Positions 9,088 to 21,916 of a stretch of DNA of 49,791 bases are shown here, in pieces. The translations under genes and the position numbers were made by a program. The stretch covers positions 1 to 49,791 of the forward strand of contig CAYXLG010000003.1 in the NCBI GenBank assembly GCA_964465805.1, given 5' to 3'. This stretch comes from an uncultured Muribaculaceae bacterium (GTDB lineage Bacteria; Bacillota_I; Bacilli_A; RF39; UBA660). Within the stretch, counting starts at the first letter, position 1; every line of letters starts with the position of its first letter. The notes beneath the pieces are model-generated. The model saw nothing but the letters and a program-made list of their open reading frames with translations. It was not told the origin of the DNA and did no database searches.

Positions 9088-10209
9088 ATGAATTTTGAAA
9101 TTGAACAAAAAGTTTTATTAGAACATTTAAATTATGTAATAAAAGGTATCTCAACTAAAAATTTAATACCTATTTTAAATTGTATAAAAATGGATTTAAC
9201 AAATGAAGGATTATTTTTACTAAGTACTAATAATGATATAGCAATAAAGACATTTATTTCATCTGAAAAAATAAAAAATATAAAATCACCAGGTACTATA
9301 GTTGTATATGGTAAATATTTATTTGAAATTATTAGAAAATTACCTGATGAAATTATTAATATAGAAGAAGTATTAGAGGATAAAATTAATATATATACAA
9401 CTAAATCTTCTTTTTATTTAAATTGTAATAGAGTTGAAGATTTTCCAACTTTAAATTTAGAAGAAAATAATCAACCTATAAAGTTAAATAATAAAGTATT
9501 GAAAAATATAATAAATCAAACAATTTTTGCAACGTCAAATGAAGAATCACGACCGACATTAACTGGATTGAATCTACAAATAAAAGACAATCATTTAAAA
9601 TGTACAGCAACTGATTCATATAGATTATCATCAAAAGTTGTGGAAATAACTCAAAAAATAGATAATGAAATAAATATTATAATTCCAAATAAAAATATTC
9701 AAGAGTTAAATAGAATACTCGGTGATGATGATGATATTATAGAATTGCATATTTTTAATAATAATATTATATTTAAGTTTTCTGATATTAAATTTATGTC
9801 ACGTTTGATTAATGGAACATATCCAAATACTTCAGCGTTGATACCTACAGATTTTATGTTAAAAGTAAAAGTTAAAAGACAAAATTTTTATAATTCAATC
9901 GATAGAGCTTCTTTACTAACAAATGAATATGAAAAACATACTATAAAATTAGAGTTAAAAGATAATGAGTTTACCATTTTTTCAAATATTCAAGAAATAG
10001 GGAAGGTCGAAGAAAAATTGATTGTTGAAAAAAACAATGAAAAAAACATAATAATATCTTTTTCTTCAAAATATATGCTAGAAGCTTTAAAGTCAATTGA
10101 TGAAGAATTCATAGAAATATTATTTAATGGGGAATTAAAACCCATCATTATTAAAAATTTAGATGATGACTCTTTAATCCAATTAATTCTGCCAATTAGA
10201 ACATATTAA
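9088..10209 (+). CDS. dnaN: DNA polymerase III beta sliding clamp
   Basis: Start is MNFEIEQKVLLEHL after GGAGAG. The track start at 8995 would read through the DnaA boxes. The product is about 373 aa with clamp-like ends (LILPIRTY). Confidence 0.93.
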   Translation: MNFEIEQKVLLEHLNYVIKGISTKNLIPILNCIKMDLTNEGLFLLSTNNDIAIKTFISSEKIKNIKSPGTIVVYGKYLFEIIRKLPDEIINIEEVLEDKINIYTTKSSFYLNCNRVEDFPTLNLEENNQPIKLNNKVLKNIINQTIFATSNEESRPTLTGLNLQIKDNHLKCTATDSYRLSSKVVEITQKIDNEINIIIPNKNIQELNRILGDDDDIIELHIFNNNIIFKFSDIKFMSRLINGTYPNTSALIPTDFMLKVKVKRQNFYNSIDRASLLTNEYEKHTIKLELKDNEFTIFSNIQEIGKVEEKLIVEKNNEKNIIISFSSKYMLEALKSIDEEFIEILFNGELKPIIIKNLDDDSLIQLILPIRTY

Positions 10210-10221
10210 TGTCTTAAATAA

Positions 10222-10249
10222 AAAAATAACCTCTAAAGTGGTTATTTTT
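10222..10249 (+). terminator. Possible terminator after dnaN
   Basis: aaaataacc/ggttatttt stem with an 8-nt loop and a T tail. Confidence 0.4.
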
Positions 10250-10378
10250 AATTGCTAAAAAAAACTTTAGACATAATAATGGTTATTTCAGACAAAAACA
10301 TACTAAAATGTAAAATTTTAATGTATTATGAAGGAAATTCGCAAACTATAGCGAATTATATTAGTAAGGAGGTGTAAA

Positions 10379-10828
10379 ATGGAAAAGTATGAGATTAGTC
10401 CTTCAACTATTGCAATTATTGCAATTGATGGTTATAAAAGTAAAATAATTGAAGATAATGATACTTTTATAGTTAATAGAACGACCCCAAAAATAATAGA
10501 TGACAGTTGTCGTTATTTTGGAAGTTCTTATTTAGGAAGATTTGAAGGGAGTAAAAATTTTTTGGGTGGTACTATATACAAATCACCAATTATTATTGAA
10601 GAGAGCCATGAAATTATTTTTTTACCTACAGGATCAGCACGTTCAAGTGATTGCTCGTGGATCTCTTTAAATAAGATTTCTCATTATAAGAAAAAAGACA
10701 ACCAAACAGAAATACATTTTAAAAACGGAACTTCTTTATTATTTCCGATGTCATATTCGTCATTTGAAAATCAGGTTTTACGAGCATCTAGATTAGAATC
10801 TATACTTAGACAAAGAAAATCTATATAA
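10379..10828 (+). CDS. comK: Competence transcription factor ComK family protein
   Basis: IIDDSCRYFGSSYLGR, FLPTGS...CSWIS and MSYSSFENQVLRAS align with recalled B. subtilis ComK segments (IVDRSCRFFGSSYAGR, FPTLS...CGWIS, ISYNSFENQVYRTA). A strong RBS, AAGGAGGTG, precedes the start. Confidence 0.88.
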   Translation: MEKYEISPSTIAIIAIDGYKSKIIEDNDTFIVNRTTPKIIDDSCRYFGSSYLGRFEGSKNFLGGTIYKSPIIIEESHEIIFLPTGSARSSDCSWISLNKISHYKKKDNQTEIHFKNGTSLLFPMSYSSFENQVLRASRLESILRQRKSI

Positions 10829-10853
10829 AAAAGCGTTATTAACGCTTTTTTTT
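10829..10853 (+). terminator. Intrinsic terminator after comK
   Basis: aaaagcgtt-att-aacgctttt hairpin followed by a T run. Confidence 0.75.
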
Positions 10854-10955
10854 ATTTTTAAAGCCAAATTTATGGTATAATTAATATGTAGGTATAGGGG
10901 GTCAATTAATTATTAAAATCAATTAAAGTATCTTAAAAAAAGAAATGAGGGGAAA

Positions 10956-13996
<3,041 letters not shown>

Positions 13997-14008
13997 AGGA
14001 GAGATAAA

Positions 14009-16444
14009 ATGAATGAAAGATTAAAAGATATAAATATATCAGACGAGATGGAAGGTTCTTTTCTCGATTATTCAATGAGTGTTATCGTATCAAGAGCATT
14101 ACCAGATGTTAGAGATGGTTTGAAACCAGTCCATAGGCGTATTTTGTACACAATGTATGAAGAAGGATTTTTACCAGAAAAAAAATATGTAAAAAGTGCA
14201 AACACAGTTGGTAATGTTCTAGCACATTATCACCCTCATGGAGATACTGCCGTATATGATACTATGGTTAGGATGGCACAGTCATTTAATTATCGTTATC
14301 CATTAGTAGATGGTCACGGAAACTTTGGATCAATAGATGGTTATTCAGCAGCTGCACAACGTTATACAGAATCTAAATTAGCAAAAATTTCTATGGAAAT
14401 GTTACGTGATATAAATAAAGAAACCGTTGATTTTGTACGAAACTATGATGGTGAAAGAAAAGAACCATCTGTTTTACCGAGTCGTTTTCCAAATATTTTA
14501 GTTAACGGAACAATGGGAATTGCAGTTGGAATGGCAACTAATATTCCTCCACACAATCTTAATGAAGTTATTGATGGATGTATAGCTTATATTGATAATA
14601 ATGATATTACAACGTTGGAATTAATGGATTATATAAAGGGACCAGATTTTCCAACAGGAGCTAAAATTTTAGGTAATAGTGGAATTAAAAAAGCTTATGA
14701 AACTGGAAAAGGTATAATAACAATTCGTTCTAAATGTGAAATAGTAGAAAATAAAAAAGGTAAACAAAGCATTATTATCACAGAAATTCCATATCAAACA
14801 AACAAATCATCATTAATAACTAAAATAGCAGATTTAGCTCGCGAAAAAGTCATTGAAGGAATAACAGATTTACGCGATGAAACAGATTTAAATGGAATAC
14901 GTATAGTAATAGATATTAGAAGAGGTGTAAATGCAAATGTAATTTTAAATAATTTATTTAAATATACTAATTTACAAACATCATACGGTATAAATCTCTT
15001 AGCTTTAGTTGATGGAGAACCAAAACTTCTAGGTTTAAAAAGCATAATTGAAAAATACATTGAACATCAAAGAACTGTTATAATAAGAAGAACTAGATAT
15101 GATTTAAATAAGGCTTCTAAAAGAGCTCATATATTAGAAGGATTAGTAATAGCGTTAGAAAACATAGATGATGTTATCAAAATTATTAAATCAGCAAAGA
15201 ATGATAAAGATGCTATCGATCAGTTAATTAATAAGTATAATTTAACGCAAGAGCAATCAGAAGCTATTCTTGAAATGAAATTAAGAAGATTAACTGGGTT
15301 AGAAAGAAGTAAAATTGAAGAAGAATTAAAAGGTTTAACAATATTAATCGAACAATTAAAAGAAATACTTTCAAGTAACGAAAAAATTCTTAATATTATT
15401 AAAGAAGAATTATTGGAAATCAAAAATAAATATGGGGATGAAAGAAGAACTGAGATTGATGTAACATCTATTGAATATATAGAAGATGAATCATTAATTC
15501 CAGTTGAAGATATAGTAATTACTTTAACAGACAAAGGTTATATAAAAAGAATTACTAGTGAAACTTACCGTACACAAAATCGTGGTGGGGTAGGAATAAA
15601 AGGTATGACAACAAATGAGGAAGATATCGTTGAACATTTATTAATAATGAAAACTCATGATTATGTAATGTTTTTCACAAATAAAGGAAAAGTATATCGA
15701 ATAAAAGGATATGAAATACCAATGTTCAGTAGGCAATCAAAAGGATTACCAATAATTAATTTGTTACCATTAGATAAAGATGAAAAAGTAAACGTCTTGT
15801 TAAAAGTAAATGAAGAAGATACTAATAACAATATTGTATTTTGTACACAAAACGGTCTAATTAAGAGAACTAAAATATCAAAATTTGAAAACATTAGAGT
15901 AACCGGAAAAATAGCCATTACTCTTAAAGATGATGATGAATTAATATCTGTTAAAAAGACAACCGGTAATAATGAAATTATGATTGCAACAGCTGATGGA
16001 AGAATGATAAGATTTAATGAAGAAGAAGTAAGAATTATGGGTAGAACTGCAAGTGGTGTTAAAGGTATTAATATAGGCAACAGCAAGTGTGTGGGTTGCG
16101 AGATTGCTACAGATAATCAATTGGTCCTAATTGTAACCGAAAATGGTTATGGTAAAAAAACAGACGTAAACGAATATAGAACTACACATCGAGGTACTAA
16201 AGGTGTTAAAGCACTTAATATAACAGAAAAAAATGGTAATATTATTTCATTTAAACTAGTCGATGGAAATGAAGACTTAATGATAGTTACAGATTATGGT
16301 ACTATTATTAAATTATCACTAGAGCAAGTTTCAACAACAGGTCGTGTTGCACAAGGGGTAAGATTAATAAATTTAAAAGAAGAACAAAAAGTTAGTTCCA
16401 TTGCTATAGATACTAATGTGAATGAAGAAGAAAAAGATGAATAA
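14009..16444 (+). CDS. gyrA: DNA gyrase subunit A
   Basis: 811 aa with a QRDR-like [10 protein letters not shown], the active-site region AAQRYTE, and a beta-pinwheel C-terminal domain. Confidence 0.97.
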   Translation: MNERLKDINISDEMEGSFLDYSMSVIVSRALPDVRDGLKPVHRRILYTMYEEGFLPEKKYVKSANTVGNVLAHYHPHGDTAVYDTMVRMAQSFNYRYPLVDGHGNFGSIDGYSAAAQRYTESKLAKISMEMLRDINKETVDFVRNYDGERKEPSVLPSRFPNILVNGTMGIAVGMATNIPPHNLNEVIDGCIAYIDNNDITTLELMDYIKGPDFPTGAKILGNSGIKKAYETGKGIITIRSKCEIVENKKGKQSIIITEIPYQTNKSSLITKIADLAREKVIEGITDLRDETDLNGIRIVIDIRRGVNANVILNNLFKYTNLQTSYGINLLALVDGEPKLLGLKSIIEKYIEHQRTVIIRRTRYDLNKASKRAHILEGLVIALENIDDVIKIIKSAKNDKDAIDQLINKYNLTQEQSEAILEMKLRRLTGLERSKIEEELKGLTILIEQLKEILSSNEKILNIIKEELLEIKNKYGDERRTEIDVTSIEYIEDESLIPVEDIVITLTDKGYIKRITSETYRTQNRGGVGIKGMTTNEEDIVEHLLIMKTHDYVMFFTNKGKVYRIKGYEIPMFSRQSKGLPIINLLPLDKDEKVNVLLKVNEEDTNNNIVFCTQNGLIKRTKISKFENIRVTGKIAITLKDDDELISVKKTTGNNEIMIATADGRMIRFNEEEVRIMGRTASGVKGINIGNSKCVGCEIATDNQLVLIVTENGYGKKTDVNEYRTTHRGTKGVKALNITEKNGNIISFKLVDGNEDLMIVTDYGTIIKLSLEQVSTTGRVAQGVRLINLKEEQKVSSIAIDTNVNEEEKDE

Positions 16445-16469
16445 CAATCATCTTTTTTCTATTAAATAA

Positions 16470-16485
16470 TGTTTCACGTGAAACA
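16470..16485. promoter_or_regulatory. parS site 1 (TGTTTCACGTGAAACA)
   Basis: Perfect 16-bp palindrome matching the Firmicute parS consensus tGTTNCACGTGAAACa. Confidence 0.85.
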
Positions 16486-16541
16486 TTAAAGTATTAATAA
16501 AAAAACAACAATACCATATAAAAACGAACAAATAAAAACCA

Positions 16542-16557
16542 ATGTTTCACGTGAAAC
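16542..16557. promoter_or_regulatory. parS site 2 (TGTTTCACGTGAAACA)
   Basis: Identical 16-mer, 72 bp after site 1. Confidence 0.85.
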
Positions 16558-16609
16558 ATCAAAGTATCAACAAAAACAACGTATCATATAAAAAAATAAA
16601 TAAAAGACA

Positions 16610-16625
16610 ATGTTTCACGTGAAAC
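16610..16625. promoter_or_regulatory. parS site 3 (TGTTTCACGTGAAACA)
   Basis: Identical 16-mer, 68 bp after site 2. Confidence 0.85.
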
Positions 16626-16731
16626 ATTGAAAAAACAATATAAATTGTAAAATATATTAAGAAAAAAACATTGTTTAATAAAAAAATAGATTAATTCTTG
16701 CTTTTTATTAAAAAATATTATATCATCTAAT

Positions 16732-16806
16732 AGACACAACATATATAATCGAACTAGGTCAGGATTGGAAGATAGCAGCCTTAAGATTCCCTATATGTGT
16801 GTGTCT
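16732..16806 (+). ncRNA. ffs: Signal recognition particle RNA, short (4.5S/scRNA-like) form
   Basis: Contains aGGTCAGGattGGAAgatAGCAGCC, the conserved SRP domain IV motif. It is closed by the helix agacacaacatata/tatatgtgtgtgtct and followed by a T7 run. Ends are approximate. Confidence 0.75.
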
Positions 16807-16836
16807 TTTTTTATGATAAAAAATGTGAGGTGTTTT

Positions 16837-17274
16837 ATGAAATATAATTTTATGGAAATTGCACTACAAGAAGCGGAAAAATCTTTTGAGTATGATGACG
16901 TTCCTGTTGGTGCTGTTATAGTAAAAGAAGGAAAAATAATAGCAAAAACTCATAATAAAAGAGAAAAAAACAAAATGGTAACTCATCATGCTGAAATTCT
17001 AGCTATTGAAAAAGCGTGTAAAAAATTAAAAACATGGAGGTTAGATGATTGTATGTTATATGTAACTCTTGAACCTTGTTTGATGTGCTATGGAGCAATA
17101 TTGCAATCTAGAATATCAAAAGTGATTTATGCAACATCCTCGGATAAATTTGGTTTTACACATAATATTAATAACTATTTAAATAAAAATGTAGAAATAT
17201 TAAAATCAGAAAAAAAATATGATGTAAAATCTAAAGAAATGCTTCGATTTTTTTTTAGAGATAAACGAAATTAA
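16837..17274 (+). CDS. tadA: tRNA-specific adenosine-34 deaminase TadA
   Basis: Deaminase motifs HAEILAI and PCLMCYGAI. Start is MKYNFMEIALQEA after GAGGTG. The track start at 16765 overlaps the SRP RNA. Confidence 0.9.
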   Translation: MKYNFMEIALQEAEKSFEYDDVPVGAVIVKEGKIIAKTHNKREKNKMVTHHAEILAIEKACKKLKTWRLDDCMLYVTLEPCLMCYGAILQSRISKVIYATSSDKFGFTHNINNYLNKNVEILKSEKKYDVKSKEMLRFFFRDKRN

Positions 17275-17323
17275 ATTTAAAAAACCACATTAAAATGATA
17301 TAATATAATAATGAGGTGAAATA

Positions 17324-19012
17324 ATGTATCAATCACTATACAGAAAATATAGACCTAAAAATTTTGATGATGTAGTTGGTCAGAAAATTATAATAAGAAT
17401 TTTAAAAAATTCAATTAAAAAAAATCAAATAACACATGCTTATTTATTTACTGGTCCTAGAGGAACCGGAAAAACAAGTGTTGCTCATATATTGGCTAAA
17501 ACTGTTAACTGTACAGATTTAGACGATTATAAAACTTGCGACAAATGTGTTAGTTGTACACAAATAAACAATCGACAAAACATTGATATAGTAGAGATAG
17601 ATGCAGCTTCAAATAACGGAGTTGATGAAATAAGAGAACTAAAGAGTAAAGTTTCTTTAATACCGTCGACAAGTAAATATAAAGTATACATTATTGATGA
17701 GGTTCACATGTTAACAATTGGTGCCTTTAATGCTTTATTAAAAACGTTAGAAGAACCACCAGCACACGTAATATTTATCTTAGCAACAACTGAGCCTCAT
17801 AAAATTCCAGAAACAATTCTTTCTAGATGTCAAAAATTTAATTTTAAGAAAATAGATGATAAAAGCATGTTTGATAGATTAAGTTATATTTGTAAAGAAG
17901 AAAAAATTAAAATAGAACCACCAGCACTAGATGAAATTATTCGCTTTTCATCTGGAGGTATGAGGGATGCTATAAGTTTATTAGAACAAGCTTATGTTTA
18001 TAGCGAAAATAAGATTACAATTAATGAAATTCATGAGATAAATGGTACATTACCTCAATATCAATTAAAAGATTTAGTAATTAATATTGTAAATAAAAAT
18101 TTAGTTGAAATATTTAAGTTGATAGAAAAATATGATCATGAAGGGAAAAATTTTATAAAATTAGTTGAGGAAATAATATTGTTTCTTAAAAATATTATTA
18201 TTTTCAAAAACATTCCAGATTACTTTACAGATGATATTTCCCGGGAAATATATAATGACAAAATTTTTAAACTTTCAAATGAAGAAATCTTGAAAAAAAT
18301 TTCCAAAATAAATGATTCTTTGATTGAAATGAAAAATTATAATCATCCTAAATTAATATTTGAATTATTAATGATTTCATTAGTTGGTACAGAAAAAATA
18401 AAAAACCAACAATTAAAGGAAACTGTTGAACAAATTAATAATCCAGAATTAGTAAAAGAGGTAATATTAGATAATAAAACAGATAAGAATAAGAAAACTC
18501 CAAAAACTATTGAAAACACAGAAAAAAGTAACGAAAAAGAAGAAATTATAAAAAAATTAATAGAAATAAGAGTAAATAATACGTTTGTAAAACCAAGCAA
18601 ATCTTTATTAAATAAATTAAATAGGGATTTAGAAATATCTCGAAAATATGTATTAGACGACAATTATGGAAAAATTGCATCTTTATTATTAGATGGAAGA
18701 ATAACAGGTGCAAGTACCGAAAATATTATCTTTGTTTATTCTAGTGAAGGAATGAAAAGAACATTTAATAATAATATTTCAATTATTGAAAACTTTATTT
18801 CAAAAATATTTGGTAAACATTATAAAATAATTTCACTAAATGAAAATGATTGGTCTTTTTATCGTTCAGAATTTAAAAGTAAATTAAAAAAATATGTATA
18901 TATAGAAGAAACAGAAGAAATAAAAGAATATTTAAATAACCAATTAGAAAAAAATGATAAAAAAGATGAAATACAAACTTTGTTTGATGATATTATAGTG
19001 TATAAAAATTAG
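17324..19012 (+). CDS. dnaX: DNA polymerase III subunit gamma/tau
   Basis: 562 aa with the N-terminus YRKYRPKNFDDVVGQ, Walker A GPRGTGKTS, a Zn module CxxCxxC, and SRC (ILSRCQKF). Confidence 0.95.
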   Translation: MYQSLYRKYRPKNFDDVVGQKIIIRILKNSIKKNQITHAYLFTGPRGTGKTSVAHILAKTVNCTDLDDYKTCDKCVSCTQINNRQNIDIVEIDAASNNGVDEIRELKSKVSLIPSTSKYKVYIIDEVHMLTIGAFNALLKTLEEPPAHVIFILATTEPHKIPETILSRCQKFNFKKIDDKSMFDRLSYICKEEKIKIEPPALDEIIRFSSGGMRDAISLLEQAYVYSENKITINEIHEINGTLPQYQLKDLVINIVNKNLVEIFKLIEKYDHEGKNFIKLVEEIILFLKNIIIFKNIPDYFTDDISREIYNDKIFKLSNEEILKKISKINDSLIEMKNYNHPKLIFELLMISLVGTEKIKNQQLKETVEQINNPELVKEVILDNKTDKNKKTPKTIENTEKSNEKEEIIKKLIEIRVNNTFVKPSKSLLNKLNRDLEISRKYVLDDNYGKIASLLLDGRITGASTENIIFVYSSEGMKRTFNNNISIIENFISKIFGKHYKIISLNENDWSFYRSEFKSKLKKYVYIEETEEIKEYLNNQLEKNDKKDEIQTLFDDIIVYKN

Positions 19013-19025
19013 AAAGAGGAATAAT

Positions 19026-19322
19026 ATGGATATGCAAAAAATGATGAAACAAGTACAAAAACTTCAAAAAGAAATGATGAACGAAAAAGCGAGAATTGAT
19101 GAAACAATTTTTAATGAAAAGACATCAATTGTAAGTGTGGAAATGAAAGGTAGTAAAGAATTAGTTAGTGTAAAAATTTTAGCTGATGAAATTTTAAATG
19201 ATGATATTGAATTGTTAGAAGACATGATACTAGTGTCGATTAACAATATTATAAGTAAGATTGATAAAGAAACAGAAAAAAGATTAGGAAAATATACACA
19301 AGGAATGCCGGGTATATTCTGA
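19026..19322 (+). CDS. ybaB: Nucleoid-associated protein YbaB/EbfC
   Basis: 98 aa with MMKQVQKLQKEM and a C-terminal GMPG. It sits between dnaX and recR as is conserved. Confidence 0.9.
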   Translation: MDMQKMMKQVQKLQKEMMNEKARIDETIFNEKTSIVSVEMKGSKELVSVKILADEILNDDIELLEDMILVSINNIISKIDKETEKRLGKYTQGMPGIF

Positions 19323-19921
19323 TGAATTATCCAAGAACAATTAGAAAATTAATTGAATGTTTAAAAAAGTTGCCAGGCATTGGTGAAAAAACAGCTGAGA
19401 GACTAGCACTTGCTATCTTGAAATTAGATGATGAAACTATTGAACTGTTTTCTAAATCTCTAAAAGATACAAAAACAAAAATTAAAAGGTGTATTATTTG
19501 TAATAATTTAACTGAACAGGAAAAATGTGATATTTGTCTGGATGAAAATAGAAACAAAAAAATAATTTGTGTAGTACAAGAACCTAAAAATGTTATTATG
19601 ATTGAAAAAGCAAACACTTATAATGGCCAATATCATGTAATAGATAATTTAATATCACCTTTAGATGGAATAAACCCATCTGATATAAACATTAACAATC
19701 TTAAAACAAGAATAAAAGAAGATAATATAGAAGAAGTTATGATTGCTTTAAAACAAAGTATTGAAGGAGAAACAACCACGCTTTATATAACAAAAATATT
19801 AGAAAAAACAGGTGTTAAAGTTACCAAAATAGCGCAAGGAATACCATATGGAACTGATATGGATTATATAGATTACTTAACTTTAGAAAAAGCAATTGAA
19901 GATCGTAAGGAAATTTCATAA
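19322..19921 (+). CDS. recR: Recombination protein RecR
   Basis: 199 aa with HhH LPGIGEKTAERLA, the Cys4 finger CxxCx..CxxC, and a Toprim domain. Confidence 0.95.
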   Translation: MNYPRTIRKLIECLKKLPGIGEKTAERLALAILKLDDETIELFSKSLKDTKTKIKRCIICNNLTEQEKCDICLDENRNKKIICVVQEPKNVIMIEKANTYNGQYHVIDNLISPLDGINPSDININNLKTRIKEDNIEEVMIALKQSIEGETTTLYITKILEKTGVKVTKIAQGIPYGTDMDYIDYLTLEKAIEDRKEIS

Positions 19922-19959
19922 GAATATATTATTCTCATAAAATATATAAGGAGGATAAT

Positions 19960-20148
19960 ATGTTAAAAAAAATATTTTCAATAATAAAAAAAATCATTTA
20001 TAGTTCTTTTTTAATTTACGGTTATAATTTACTTGCAGCACCATTGAATTTGATTATACCAATAAATGTTATAACTGTCGGATTGGTAATTTTGTTAGGT
20101 TTTCCTGTAATAATATCATTAATTATTTTTTTATTAATTAATTTTTAA
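19960..20148 (+). CDS. Small two-TM membrane protein, BofA-like (pro-sigmaK processing inhibitor family)
   Basis: 62 aa. LNLIIPINVITVGLVILLGFPVI resembles the recalled BofA segment LGIHVPINLVTTAISGILGIPGI. Its position after recR matches B. subtilis bofA. Confidence 0.5.
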   Translation: MLKKIFSIIKKIIYSSFLIYGYNLLAAPLNLIIPINVITVGLVILLGFPVIISLIIFLLINF

Positions 20149-20160
20149 GGAGGATTAGAT

Positions 20161-21126
20161 ATGCTAGATAAATATATAAGTGAGCAACCAATTGCTTGTA
20201 AAATATTAAATAACTCTATTACAAATAATAATATTTCCCATGCATATCTATTCATTTCAAATCAATATTCTAAAACAATGGATTTAGTGATATCTTTCGT
20301 AAAAAAAATAGTTACGAAAGATATTAGAGATGAAAAAATACAAAAGGATATAATTGATAAAATAGATAAAGGAATTTATAACGATCTTATAATTATAGAT
20401 TCTGAAGAACTATGGATTAAAAAAGAAATTGTTCAAAATCTTCAAAAAGAATTTAGTAATAAATCAGTTTCAGGAAATAAAAGAGTTTATATAATAAATA
20501 ATGCACATAAATTAAACAAATTTTCAGCAAATTCAATTTTAAAATTTTTAGAAGAACCAGAAAAAAATATAATTGCTATTTTAATAACAGATAATAAATA
20601 TCAATTATTAGAAACAATAATATCCAGGTGTGTTAATATTAATTTAATAAAAGACAAAAAAATATTAACCAATTCAGAAAATACTATAAAAGAAAAACTA
20701 GCTAATATTCTATTTAATAATGAAAAAGAAATAGAGGAATTTATAAAAAATGAAGAAAATGATGTTCTAATAAATACTGTTGTAGATTTTATAAATTATT
20801 ATGAAAATAATAGAGAACAAACAATATCACATTTAAATAAATTATGGCATGAAAAAATAAAAAATAAAAAAGACATTCAAATTGCATTTGATTTAATGAT
20901 ATTTTTTTACACTGATGTTTTGCATAAATTAATGAATAACAACATTAATATTTTTAATGATTATTATGATATAATAAGTAAAATGTGTAAAGAAAACACG
21001 ATTAAAGAAATTTGTAACAAAGTAAATATATTAATAGATTTAAAAGGAAAAACAAAATATAATGTAAATAACAAATTGTTGATGGACAAGTTGGTATTAT
21101 TATTAGGGGGTGAATTATATGATTAA
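20161..21126 (+). CDS. holB: DNA polymerase III subunit delta prime
   Basis: 321 aa with an HAYLF-type N-terminus, KFLEEP, and SRC (IISRCV). Confidence 0.85.
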   Translation: MLDKYISEQPIACKILNNSITNNNISHAYLFISNQYSKTMDLVISFVKKIVTKDIRDEKIQKDIIDKIDKGIYNDLIIIDSEELWIKKEIVQNLQKEFSNKSVSGNKRVYIINNAHKLNKFSANSILKFLEEPEKNIIAILITDNKYQLLETIISRCVNINLIKDKKILTNSENTIKEKLANILFNNEKEIEEFIKNEENDVLINTVVDFINYYENNREQTISHLNKLWHEKIKNKKDIQIAFDLMIFFYTDVLHKLMNNNINIFNDYYDIISKMCKENTIKEICNKVNILIDLKGKTKYNVNNKLLMDKLVLLLGGELYD

Positions 21127-21916
21127 AGTAGTAGGGATAACTTTAAAAGAAGGTGGAAAGACATACTATTTTATACCAAATAATTTTCATTTAAAAAAAC
21201 ATATAACAGTTATTGTAGAAACAGAACGAGGATTACAATTTGGATGTGTAGAAACAGATATAACAGAAATAGATGAATCAAAATTAAATTCACCTTTACA
21301 TAAAGTTATTAGAATAGCATCAAAACAAGACTACAGAAAGCATAAAAAAAATTTAAAAGATGCTAGAGAAGCTATGGAAGTAAGTAAAAAATTAATTAAA
21401 AACCAAAAACTAAAGATGAAAATAATTGATGCTAATTTTACTTTTGATCGTAGTCAATTATTATTTCATTTTTTAGCCGATGGACGAGTTGATTTCCGAA
21501 AATTAGTGAAAGAATTAGCATCAATATATAAAACAAGAATTGAATTGAGACAAATTGGGGTAAGGGATAAAGCTAAAGAAATTGGTGGGTTAGGACAGTG
21601 TGGTAGAACTTTATGTTGTGCAACTTTTTTCAACAATATTGAAAATGTAACAATAAATATGGCGAAAAATCAAAATTTGTCTTTAAATCCTTCAAAAGTA
21701 AATGGTTCTTGTGGTAGATTATTATGTTGTTTAAAATTTGAAGATGAAAATTATAAAGTTTGTCATAAAAATCTACCAAAAGTCGGAGCTGTAGTACAAA
21801 CTGAAAAAGGTGAAGGAACCGTTATATCAGTTAATATTTTAGAAAGAAAATATAAAGTAGATATACCTAATACTGGAATAATTGAAGTGGAACTTAATAA
21901 AAATGGATGTCATTAA
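21119..21916 (+). CDS. ricT: PSP1-domain protein RicT/YaaT (stage 0 sporulation/RNase Y regulator)
   Basis: Cys-rich motif GQCGRTLCCATF...GSCGRLLCCLKFE is typical of YaaT. It follows holB as in Bacillus. The ATG at 21119 after GGGGGTGA is preferred over 21110. Confidence 0.85.
   Translation: MIKVVGITLKEGGKTYYFIPNNFHLKKHITVIVETERGLQFGCVETDITEIDESKLNSPLHKVIRIASKQDYRKHKKNLKDAREAMEVSKKLIKNQKLKMKIIDANFTFDRSQLLFHFLADGRVDFRKLVKELASIYKTRIELRQIGVRDKAKEIGGLGQCGRTLCCATFFNNIENVTINMAKNQNLSLNPSKVNGSCGRLLCCLKFEDENYKVCHKNLPKVGAVVQTEKGEGTVISVNILERKYKVDIPNTGIIEVELNKNGCH

Larger units (their letters stand above)
16468..16630. repeat. Tandem direct repeat of about 70 bp (2.3 units), each unit carrying one parS
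   Basis: The units aatgtttcacgtgaaacatYaaagtatYaaYaaaaa(a)caac...ataYcatataaaaa align by eye with a few substitutions and indels. Confidence 0.8.

Noticed and set aside
16468-16630. Could the three spaced palindromic repeats be a mini CRISPR array or a REP/MITE element?
   Set aside because: The sequences between the palindromes are themselves repeated rather than unique, so the structure is a tandem duplication. No cas genes are present. The palindrome is an exact parS consensus.
17324-19012. Possible programmed -1 frameshift site in dnaX (A-rich slippery runs) producing a gamma subunit.
   Set aside because: A-runs are everywhere in this AT-rich gene. I could not identify a convincing A-AAA-AAG heptamer with a downstream structure, so the sequence alone does not support it.
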